This document shows, in pieces, positions 52,265 to 62,276 of a stretch of 64,000 bases of DNA (the stretch's first letter is position 1; each line of letters begins with the position of its first letter). The translations under genes and the position numbers were made by a program. The notes under the pieces were generated by a model. That model did no database searches and was not told where the DNA came from. It worked only from the letters and a program-made list of their open reading frames with translations. The DNA is from Macrostomum lignano (lineage: Eukaryota): the NCBI GenBank assembly GCA_002269645.1, contig NIVC01001652.1, forward strand, positions 120,924-184,923. Direction: 5' to 3'.

Positions 52265-53315
52265 GATTGCAAACACTGTGAGATAGATGCACAGATACAC
52301 AGACAACGTGATATAGATGCACAGATACACAGACACTGTGAGATAGATGCACAGACAGACACTGTGAGATAGATGTACACAGACGCCGTGAAATAGATGT
52401 ACAGACACTGTGAGATAGATGCACAGACACTTTGAGAAAGATACACAGACACTGTGAGATAGATGCACAGACACTGTAAGATAGATGCACAGACAGACAC
52501 TGTGAGATAGATGCACAGACAGTGTAAGATAGATGCACAGACAGACACTGTGAGATAGATGCTCAGACACTGAGATAGAGAGATAGATGCACAGACAGAC
52601 ACTGTGAGATAGATACACAGACACTGTGAGATAGATACACAGACACTGTGAGATAGATGCACAGACACTGTAAGATAGATGCACAGACAGACACTGTGAG
52701 ATAGATGCACAGACAGACACTGTGAGATAGATGCACAGACACTGTAAGATAGATGCACAGACACTGTAAGATAGATGCACAGACAGACACTGTGAGATAG
52801 ATGCACAGACACTGTAAGATAGATGCACAGACACTGTAAGATAGATGCACAGACAGTGTAAGATAGATGCACAGACAGACACTGTGAGATAGATGCTCAG
52901 ACACTGAGATAGAGAGATAGATGCACAGACAGACACTGTGAGATAGATACACAGACACTGTGAGATAGATACACAGACACTGTGAGATAGATGCACAGAC
53001 ACTGTAAGATAGATGCACAGACAGACACTGTGAGATAGATGCACAGACAGACACTGTGAGATAGATGCACAGACACTGTAAGATAGATGCACAGACACTG
53101 TAAGATAGATGCACAGACAGACACTGTGAGATAGATGCACAGACACTGTAAGATAGATGCACAGACACTGTAAGATAGATGCACAGACAGACACTGTGAG
53201 ATAGATGCACAGACAGACACTGTGAGATAGATACACAGACACTGTGAGATAGATGCACAGACACTGTGAGATAGATACACAGACACTGTAAGATAGATGC
53301 ACAGACACCGTGAGA
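52265..53315. repeat. 22/26-bp minisatellite ACACTGTGAGATAGATGCACAG(ACAG)
   Basis: Occupies essentially the whole intron. Confidence 0.96.
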
Positions 53316-53322
53316 CACTCAC

Positions 53323-53757
53323 AATACTGACTGTCTCTCTGGGTTTGCACTTCTCAACAATGAGAATGACGCCATAGATGGAGAGAATCTTTCTGTCCTT
53401 GTCGCTCAGGTTGTCAGGGTAGGCGTCCTCAGGTAGACAGTACCAATTATCCTCATCTCCTTTCTCCTTGCTGTAGGTCTTAACCTTGGGCACCTGGGCC
53501 TCCAGTATGAGGCTGACAATGCTCTCCAGCATGTACTGCTGCAGTTCAACTGGACAGTCCCAAATGTCCGGCAGCGGAGTCTGGGTCACGTGCTGCCTGC
53601 CAGCGTGGCTGTGCCGGTGCCCGTGGCACTCTTCGCAGAGGCGGATCGGGCGGCCGCCGCTGAGGTGGGCGCACTCGGCGCTGAAGCAGGTGGAGTGCAC
53701 CCGGCTGCCGGGCCCCCCGCTGCGGCAGGTTTTCGACTCGCAGGCCAGCGGCAGGGC
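53323..53757 (-). CDS. unc79: unc-79 exon ALPLACESKTC..CFSAEC..RPIRLCEECH..CKPRETVSI (Cys/His-rich)
   Basis: ACTCAG acceptor, ATT|GTGAGT donor, 435 nt; homology. Confidence 0.95.
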
Positions 53758-53774
53758 CTGAGTTCGGGTAGTCA

Positions 53775-54545
53775 GTTGTAGCCTCATCTATCAAGCTGTA
53801 GCCTCATCTATCAGGCTTTAGCCTCATCCATCAAGCTGTAGCCTCATCTATCAAGCTGTAGCCTCATCTATCAGGCTTTAGCCTCATCCATCAAGCATTA
53901 GCCTCATCTATCAAGCTGTAACCTCATCTATCAAACTGTAGCCTCATCTATCAAACTGTAGCTAACCATCCTTTACCATCATTAAGCCCCAGCATCCTTC
54001 ATCAACATTTAGCCTCAGCATCCTTTATCAACATTTAGCCTCAGCATCCTTCATTAACATTTAGCCTCAGCATCCTTCATCAATATTTAGCCTCAGCATC
54101 CTTCATCAATATTTAGCCTCAACATCCTTCATCAACATTTAGCCTCAGCATCCTTCATCAACATTTATCCTCAACATCCTTCATCAATATTTAGCCTCAG
54201 CATCCTTCATCAACATTTAGCCTCAGCATCCTTCATCAACATTTAGCCTCAGCATCCTTCATTAACATTTAGCCTCAGCATCCTTCATCAACATTTAGCC
54301 TCAGCATCCTTCATCAACATTTAGCCTCAGCATCCTTCATCAACATTTAGCCTCAGCATCCTTTATCAACATTTAGCCTCAGCATCCTTCATCAACATTT
54401 ATCCTCAACATCCTTCATCAATATTTAGCCTCAACATCCTTCATCAACATTTAGCCTCAGCATCATTCATCAATATTTAGCCTCAGCATCCTTCATCAAC
54501 ATTTAGCGTCAGCATCCTTTATCAATATTTGGCCTCAGCATCCTT
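53775..54545. repeat. Two adjacent arrays: 20-bp CTGTAGCCTCATCTATCAAG (53775-53960) and 26-bp CAGCATCCTTCATCAACATTTAGCCT (53985-54545)
   Basis: Periodicity. Confidence 0.94.
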
Positions 54546-54668
54546 CGTACTGCCCACAAATCCCAAACGGCGAGGAAAAGGTGTGCACTGGGCGCTTCGT
54601 CGACTGCCTAAGTTTCCATGCCCGCACACCTACCAGTGCAGCAGTATCAGGTACATCATTCAGCTTGC

Positions 54669-55072
54669 CTTCATTGGCCCCAGCACGTCAATGAGCAGCG
54701 CCCGGTCGTGCTTAGCCAAAGCATCTGCGCAGTCCAGGCACAGGTAGAATGGCGGGCTCTTGTTCTCCTTGACCAGGCACAGCTTGGGCGAGATGGTCAT
54801 CTTGGCGGCACTCCGGCTGGCCTTGTTGTTCTTATTCGGGCACTCGGGCCTCTCGCACACGATGGCCTGCCAGGGCTCGTGTTTGTACTTGGACAGCCGC
54901 AGCGCCTGCAGGATGTTGGCGTTCTGCGGCAACAGCTCGGGCCAGTAGTGGAACAGCATCGTCACGGCGGGCAGGCGGGTCTCGGTGGGCCCGTGAGCAG
55001 CAACGAAGGCCAAATCGCGTGATAGGTCGCGCTTCAGGCCCATCAGGCACTCGACTACTTGACTGTGCAGCT
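54669..55072 (-). CDS. unc79: unc-79 exon (E)LHSQVVECLMGLKRDL..PAVTMLFHYWP..LIDVLGPMK; GC donor
   Basis: TTGCAG acceptor, AAG|GCAAGC donor, 404 nt, phase 1/0; strong homology. Confidence 0.95.
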
Positions 55073-55151
55073 CTGCAACGGGTCGGCATGGCTAGCTGCT
55101 ATATCTAAGCGACTGACTGGTCAAATGCACAGCGCATCGGCAGCTACTCAC

Positions 55152-55235
55152 CCGGCTTCTCAACATACTGAAACACCATAGTGAGAATGGCCGGCAGTGA
55201 CTCCGTGGCGTACGATTCCAACTCCTCGCTCCAGC
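55152..55235 (-). CDS. unc79: unc-79 exon (R)WSEELESYATESLPAILTMVFQYVEKP
   Basis: CTCCAG acceptor, G|GTGAGT donor, 84 nt, phase 1/1. Confidence 0.9.
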
Positions 55236-55419
55236 CTGGAGTGAATGGGCGGACGAATTGGGCTGAGTCCTATCGAGCTGTCATCGAATCAAGGGAACCC
55301 TCGCTCCCTGTCTGCTTTGACCTATCTTCTCTCCCTGCCCTTTGTATTGTTCTGATATCTTCCTATTGAACTGCTGTGTCAAGACTCAACCCGGTCTCAT
55401 TCCCCTGTCGTTTTCTCTG

Positions 55420-56090
55420 TCCATCACTGCCTGTCTTCAAACTCATCTTGTCCATCACGGTCTGTCTTCAAACTCATCTTGTCCATCACTGCCTGTCTTC
55501 AAAGTCATCTTGTCCATCACTGCCTGTCTTCAAACTCATCTTGTCCATCACTGCCTGTCTTCAAAGTCATCTTGTCCATCACGGTCTGTCTTCAAACTCA
55601 TCTTGTCCATCACTGCCTGTCTTCAAACTCATCTTGTCCATCACTGCCTGTCTTCAAAGTCATCTTGTCCATCACGGTCTGTCTTCAAACTCATCTTGTC
55701 CATCACTGCCTGTCTTCAAACTCATCTTGTCCATCACTGCCTGTCTTCAAACTCATCTTGTCCATCACTGCCTGTCTTCAAACTCATCTTGTCCATTACT
55801 GCCTGTCTTCAAACTCATCTTGTCCATCACTGCCTGTCTTCAAACTCATCTTGTCCATCACTGCCTGTCTTCAAACTCATCTTGTCCATTACTGCCTGTC
55901 TTCAAACTCATCTTGTCCATCACTGCCTGTCTTCAAACTCATCTTGTCCATCACGGTCTGTCTTCAAACTCATCTTGTCCATCACTGCCTGCCTTCAAAC
56001 TCATCTTGTCCATCACTGCCTGTCTTCAAACTCATCTTGTCCATTACGGTCTGACTTCAAACTCCCCTTGTACATCAGGATCTGTTCTCA
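55420..56090. repeat. 31-bp minisatellite ACTCATCTTGTCCATCACTGCCTGTCTTCAA
   Basis: Periodicity. Confidence 0.96.
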
Positions 56091-56194
56091 AACTTCTCTT
56101 GTCCATCGCGGTCTGTCTTTAAAAAACTCCCCTCGTCCATCGCGACCTGTCCTCAGCTCGTCTCTCGGTCCCTAGCCCAGGTGCCTAAGCCCCG

Positions 56195-56430
56195 ATACTC
56201 ACGCAGGATAAGCGGGAACATGACATTGGTGAGACAGCCCAGTCACTCACGCAGGATAAGCGGGAACATGACATTGGTGAGACAGCCCAGTCACTCACGC
56301 AGGATAAGCGGGAACATGACATTGGTGAGACAGCCCAGTCACTCACGCAGGATAAGCGGGAACATGACATTGGTGAGACAGCCCAGTCACTCACGCAGGA
56401 TAAGCGGGAACATGACATTGGTGAGACAGT
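56195..56430. repeat. 48-bp tandem repeat containing the exon 3' end and splice donor, about 5 copies
   Basis: Unit CACTCACGCAGGATAAGCGGGAACATGACATTGGTGAGACAGCCCAGT. Confidence 0.95.
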
Positions 56431-56729
56431 CGACCAGAGTTCTGCACAGCTGCTGCGGCAGGAACGGCAGCATGCAGGCCACAGTGTAGGGCATGGTCTC
56501 GAGGATCTCAACCTCAAGAAAAGGAATCAGCTGGGCCAAGATGGTGAGAATGGCCTCGTAGGCTGCGGCCTGCCCAGACTGGACATTGTGCATCACGTCC
56601 AGCAGGTAGATGACGGCATAGTAGAGCTCCGAGTAGCAGAGATTCGGAAACGTGTTGTGCAATCGGCTGAACTCCTTCGATCGGCCGCCCAGGCTCTCGG
56701 GATCGAGGGCCGGACAGTCTTTTAGGAAG
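56395..56729 (-). CDS. unc79: unc-79 exon FLKDCPALD..LCYSELY..ETMPYTVACML..VMFPLIL
   Basis: GCTCAG acceptor, C|GTGAGT donor, 335 nt, phase 2/1; homology. Confidence 0.94.
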
Positions 56730-56809
56730 CTGAGCAGGCGACGGGGAGAGCGGCTGGCTATGATGAGTCGCGAGTTCGAATCCAAAAAAATTATCAGATG
56801 GGGCGGAGT

Positions 56810-58110
56810 TTCAGGGGGTAGCAGCTTGCTGAAGGATCAGGGAGAAGGTAGCAGGTTACTGAGGGATCAGGGAGGGGGTAGCAGCTCACTGAGGGATCAG
56901 GGAGGGGGTAGCAGCTTACTGAGGGATCAGGGAGGGGGTAGCAGCTCACTGAAGGATCAAGGAGGGGTAGCTTATTGAAGGATTAGGGAGGGGGTAGCAG
57001 CTTATTGAAGGATCAAGGAGGGGGTAGCAGCTTACTGAGGATCAGGGAAGGGTAGCAGCTTACTGAAGGATCAGGGAGGGGTAGCAGCATACTGAAGGAT
57101 CAGGGAGGGGTAGCAGCTTACTGAAGGATCAGGGAGGGGTAGCAGCTTATTGAAGGATCAGGGAGGGGTTGCAGCTTACTGAAGGATCATCGGGTAGCAG
57201 CTTACTGAAGGATCACCGGGTAGCAGCTTACTGAAGGATCAGAGAGGGGTAGCATCTTACTGAAGGATCATCGGGTAGCAGCTTACTGAAGGATAAGGGA
57301 GGGGTAGCAGCTTATTGAAGGATCAGGGAGGGGTAGCAGCTTACTGAAGGATCATCGGGTAGCAGCTTACTGAAGGATCATCGGGTAGCAGCTTACTGAA
57401 GGATCATCGGGTAGCAGCTTACTGAAGGATCAGGGAGGGGTAGAAGCTTACTGAAGGATCAAGGAGGGGGTAGAAGCTTGCTGAAGGATCAAGGAGGGGG
57501 TAGCAGCTTACTGAAGGATCAGGGAGGGGGTAGCAGCTTACTGAAGGATCAGGGAGGGGTAGAAGCTTACTGAAGGATCAAGGAGAGGGTAGAAGCTTGC
57601 TGAAGGATCAGGGAGGGGGTAGCAGCTTACTGAAGGATCAGGGAGGGGGTAGCAGCTTACTGAAGGATCAGTGAGGGGTAACAGCTTACTGAAGGATCAG
57701 TGAGGGATAACAGCTTACTGAAGGATCAGGGGGGGTAGAAGCTTGCTGAAGGATCAGGGAGGGGTAGCAGCTTACTGAAGGATCAGGGAGGGGTAGAAGC
57801 TTACTGAAGGATCAAGGAGGGGGTAGAAGCTTGCTGAAGGATCAAGGAGGGGGTAGCAGCTTACTGAAGGATCAGGGAGGGGGTAGCAGCTTACTGAAGA
57901 ATCAGTGAGGGGTAACAGCTTACTGAAGGATCAGTGAGGGATAACAGCTTACTGAAGGATCAGGGAGGGGGTAACAGCTTACTGAAGGATCAGTGAGGGA
58001 TAACAGCTTACTGAAGGATCAGGGGGGGTAGCAGCTTACTGAAGGATCAGTGAGGGGTAACAGCTTACTGAAGGATCAGGGAGGGGGTAGCAGCTTACTG
58101 AAGGATCGGC
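56810..58110. repeat. ~26-30-bp minisatellite GTAGCAGCTTACTGAAGGATCAGGGAGGG
   Basis: Periodicity. Confidence 0.95.
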
Positions 58111-58173
58111 TCTTCTTCAGCCAGAAGTAGTAAAAATTTAATACCCCAACGCTTGTAGTTCAAGGCATCTTAC

Positions 58174-58294
58174 CCAAGAAGGGTTTGGCTGAAGTTCTTC
58201 AGGGTGTTGGCAATGTCGCTGCCAGGTGGTGGTGGGCTGACTGCATTGCTGAGCTTGGCCTGGTAGTCTCTTAAAATCTTTATCTTGGCAGCAA
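58174..58294 (-). CDS. unc79: unc-79 exon 2 (F)AAKIKILRDYQAKL..GSDIANTLKNFSQTLL(G)
   Basis: TTGTAG acceptor, GG|GTAAGA donor, 121 nt, phase 1/2; matches FASKIRYLQEY..GTDIANTLKYFSQTLL; missed by the ORF track. Confidence 0.95.
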
Positions 58295-60467
58295 CTACAA
58301 GAACAGTTAAATGGGAGTGCTGATATTGTTACCATAGATAATAACATGATTTTATAATTTAAAAAAACTGCCACATTTAACAAATTTATAACTTGCTTTA
58401 TCTTTATCAAAAAGCATACAATAATCAGAACTAGCAAAGATCTAGCATATTTGACATAGTTAAAAAAAGTAGGTAAATCTTCAAAGTCTGACATTTACTA
58501 TGCAAATATATGTTTAAAAAATCTTCAATTTTATTTATACAGCATAAAGATATTAACTTTTTCATTGTGGACAAGCTCTGCTATTTGCTTATGCTTTGCA
58601 CATGTGCTTATGTAGCTATGCTTGTATATACAGCTGGAAAGCTGTCTATGGTGCTGATGGCCCTTTCTTGGGTACAGGCCCCCAGAAGGGATGTGAGGAA
58701 AAAACCCTATGGGAAATAAAGGAATAAAAAAGAGAATAGCCAGAGCTAAGGCTATAGGCAGACCAAAATCGGCTGCATTTTTTCTACTAAACCTCTACCT
58801 TTTATTTGTTGGCTTAAGACACAACATATTTATAAATATAAACCTTTTTTACTATATATAAACTGTTTTATTGCAAGCACTGGCATTTCTTAAAGTGTTT
58901 GAATTGAATTTCTGCTTGTTTTTTTAATAAGACTTTGTTTAAAATAGGAGGTAAAAAGGTATATAACAAATTTGATTAAAATTATAATTTATAAAATAGA
59001 TGTACGAGTGTATTCAATTACTAAAAGTAGTTGCTAAATTTAAATTAAAAGTACATTAATCTGCATATTCTTATACTCTTCTTGAAATTTCAAAGCAACA
59101 AATTTTGAATACTATGAAAAAATGTGATTTGTTTTCATATCAAAGAACAAAGAAAAATCAATATATAAGTAATTTTGAATTGAGTTACAAGTTCATTTAT
59201 TGTCTCCATAAAAAATAAAAAGCTAAAGTCTATACCAAATCAAGTTTCTCTATTGCATTAATTTCATAGATATAATTTTTGAAGGGGGAAAGGCAAGCTA
59301 TACTAAGCAATTGTAATAGGCTAACAAAAAATGATAGCTCAATTTTTTGGCCACAACTAAGGGAGGCATGGCCACCTTGCCTCCTATGGATCAACCCCCG
59401 ATGAGACATTAGATAAGGCTATGAATAAAAAATACAATAGAAAGAAAGGGTTGATATTAGATATCTCTAGCTATCTAGAGATTCTTTCTATCCAGGTATG
59501 CTTACTATTTAGGGATTGTTGCTATCTAGGGATGCTTGCTCTTAGGGGGTGCTTGCTATTTAGGTTGCTTTTTATTTAGGGAATGGTTGCTATCTTGGGT
59601 ATTTTCTCTATTTAGGGGGAATGTCTAATATCTTTGTGAAGGCTTTATTTTGTTGTCTTTTTCACTCTTAGAAAAAGAGATTTATAATAAACATCTTTGT
59701 CTGTGACAATTTTACTCAAATAAGGTGATTTATAAAATTGAAGAAGTCATTGGTTTTTAGGAAAACGTGTTTTTTAATGAATTTGCATGAATATTTTTGC
59801 TCCTTGCTTATTGGGCACCCCAAAGGGTGGCACTAGATTGCTGGTATATACTATAGAACAAAAATAGCATAATATTAATAAGAATTATAAATAGATAAAT
59901 AATTATTGAATAGATTGAACTACTAATAAGGTATGCATTTTTCTACAAAGAGTTTTATTATATTAGTTAAATTTATATATTCAAAAAGGAAATTGCCCAG
60001 TATAGGTAATGTTTTTTTTCAACCAAGCAATGCACTAGTCTATCAGATAAACAATATTTTTTCTATATTAAATTAAATATACAATCTATAAGTATTTTAT
60101 ATGCTTATATAAAGCATATAAAATACTTCAAAATAGTCAATTACATAATTAGAAGCTAAGTAAAACTTCCATAACTTATCCAGCTATCAAAAAATCTAAT
60201 TCATATGCAATAGAAGCTTATTTAAACTCTATTATACCCTGTACAGAGAGAGTGCGCCACATAGAGTATTGAGGGATATTTTCATGAAAACAGATTAGAT
60301 ATAATCAAATAATTAAGATACCAGAAAAATACAAATACTGAGGTAAATTAGAATCCAAACCTATTTAATTACAACGGTTTAATTTTTTCATTCATTGCAA
60401 TTGCAATAATATAACAACTGGATAAAAACAGAAAACAATACATTTCACATTGGACACATCTACTTAC

Positions 60468-60489
60468 AGTTTTGTGCTCTCGTTGTCAT
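60468..60489 (-). CDS. unc79: unc-79 first coding exon MTTRAQN(F), 22 nt (in-frame ATG also at 60495)
   Basis: ATG ACA ACG AGA GCA CAA AAC T|GTAAGTA; phase 1 fits exon 2; compare MSTKAEQF. Confidence 0.88.
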
Positions 60490-60987
60490 TGTCATTTGAC
60501 ACTGGTTATAAATAAATAATTACCATCTACGGAGACTTTTTTCTAAAAAATACAGTCCAGTTTACAGTCGCACCATGTTTGTAAAAAAATTGTCTCGGTC
60601 GACTTATGTGTACAATTGACTAGAATTTCAACTTGTTTCTTCGAAAAATATTGATTTGAAAACCGTATTAATATTAATTTTCGCCACGTCACGGCGTACT
60701 CGCTCCATGCCGTTAAAGTTTGTTACATAAGATTTTATTTTAGCCATTATTTGAAGACCATATAAGTTTTGGATACCAATTAAATATTGCAAAAATAACG
60801 TTTGACTGAAACCATATCAGTTACAACGATTATTTCATTAATTATGCTGAATAATCTTACTTTCTAAAAATCTAAAGAATAAATCCTATATTCTAAATTG
60901 TATTTATAAATGCAGTGAAATCGACTCAGAGAGTGAAGCTATGATTTCTTCAGTTTATCTTCTGAAATTAAATATATAAGGGCTTTT

Positions 60988-61030
60988 ACTCACCTAGCTA
61001 TATCAACGATATTTGTTATAGACAAGACTC
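60988..61030 (-). other. Possible untranslated leader exon of unc-79
   Basis: TAG|GTGAGT donor at 60993 and a candidate CCAG acceptor at 60502; no transcript evidence. Confidence 0.3.
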
Positions 61031-61483
61031 GACTCGAATGAAAGTGGATGAGATGTGGGAGTTAGGCCTAGCTAAAAAATTTTGGCTTATACAGTATACT
61101 TTAAAAATTTTAAAAACAAGTTCTTCCTATACACTAAAATTTCGACTAAGAATGCATATTATGTTTATGATATGTCATCTGCTATGGAGCATTGCTGTCT
61201 TGATAAAAAATCCGAGGTTGATCAATCCTTATTTTGCAAATCGCGATCTTAAATCTATGGTAAAACTACGTTTTCATACAATCGAGCAAAAATAGAGTAA
61301 GCTAAATTTAGTAACATGTATATTTATAATAAAACATAATTTGCTGCTGTTTGCTGTTTTGGTGGCTCAGTTGTTGATTCGACAGACAACAAAAAAGTTG
61401 GAAAATTAATTCAGCGCTAGTGGAAGGAATCAGCTCCTTTGTGCTTTGCTGGCGTCATACCCAGCCATTCACCAAGCCATGCC

Positions 61484-62160
61484 ATGAGCGCCTGCGATGC
61501 CAGCCACAGCGATGTCACCTGCAAGTGGCTGGACGACTTACCCTGCCTCGGCCCGGTGACGCTAAACGCCTTCGACAAACAACTCTGGGAGTCACTGCTC
61601 GACTGCAACGGGAACAACAGCCGTCAGGGCCAGCCGCAACGATATGACGTGCACTCCAAGCCTCTCCATGAGAAATTTGAAAATCCACAGGTTCAACTTC
61701 CTTTGTGGCCAAAACCGGACGGGCCAGTAGGTCCGAAGCAGTCACCTTCGGCAGCCTACTACCGACAGCAGGTCAGCGCGCTGCGTCGGGCCAGCCTGGC
61801 CTATCGCCGGCTGCAGACTGTGGTTGGCCGCTTCCGCCGCAGCGTAGAGCGCCGCGACGCGCAAAGGAGGCGCCACTCCATGAAAGCTGCGCGTCTGTCA
61901 CCAACGTCGATGGCAGCGCCGACTGAGGAGGAGCCAGATTCGTCAACGTTGTCGCAGGATGTCGACAGGCAGGCCTGCTGTAGGAGTCGGTACCCGCCCC
62001 CACCTGCCCGGATGAATCCTCCCGGATGTCTGGTCGCTCATCCGGAAGAGCTATCTTCGTCATCCCCGTGGCAGTCGGACTTCTCAGCGCGACTCTTTGT
62101 GCCGCAAAGTGCCGTCAGAGCAACGACTGCAGTGCAATGGCAGCAGCAGGCGGAAACCAG
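61484..62160 (+). CDS. Divergent gene, exon 1, unknown protein (MSACDASHSDVTCKWLDDLP..)
   Basis: GCCATG start, stop-free GC-rich frame, CCAG|GTAAAA donor, phase 2. Confidence 0.7.
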
Positions 62161-62276
62161 GTAAAAACTTTCACCTGGGCTTTACAAAATTTTACAACCA
62201 GTCAAATCAACGCTGAAACGTGGCCAAGATTTTTAGAAGACGCTTTAGAAGGTCGCGACTCCATAATTCCCTCTAG

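Larger units (their letters stand above)
789..60489 (-). other. unc79: unc-79 gene span (NALCN channel auxiliary subunit), about 31 coding exons, 3' end outside window
   Basis: Exon translations match remembered UNC79 motifs in colinear order (FAAKIK..SDIANTLKNFSQTLL; MLFHYWP; WLEAIRTEV; RFDAVEK; FDALSLEAQLDL; EQYDEDTISLAIV; HIRLLSWLL; DFWGRVTPGILQLL). Splice phases are consistent across junctions. Confidence 0.97.

Noticed and set aside
52157-56175. 250-400 aa Cys/His-rich ORFs resembling zinc-finger proteins
   Set aside because: They are periodic translations of the 22/26-bp and 31-bp arrays; only the embedded unc-79 exons are real
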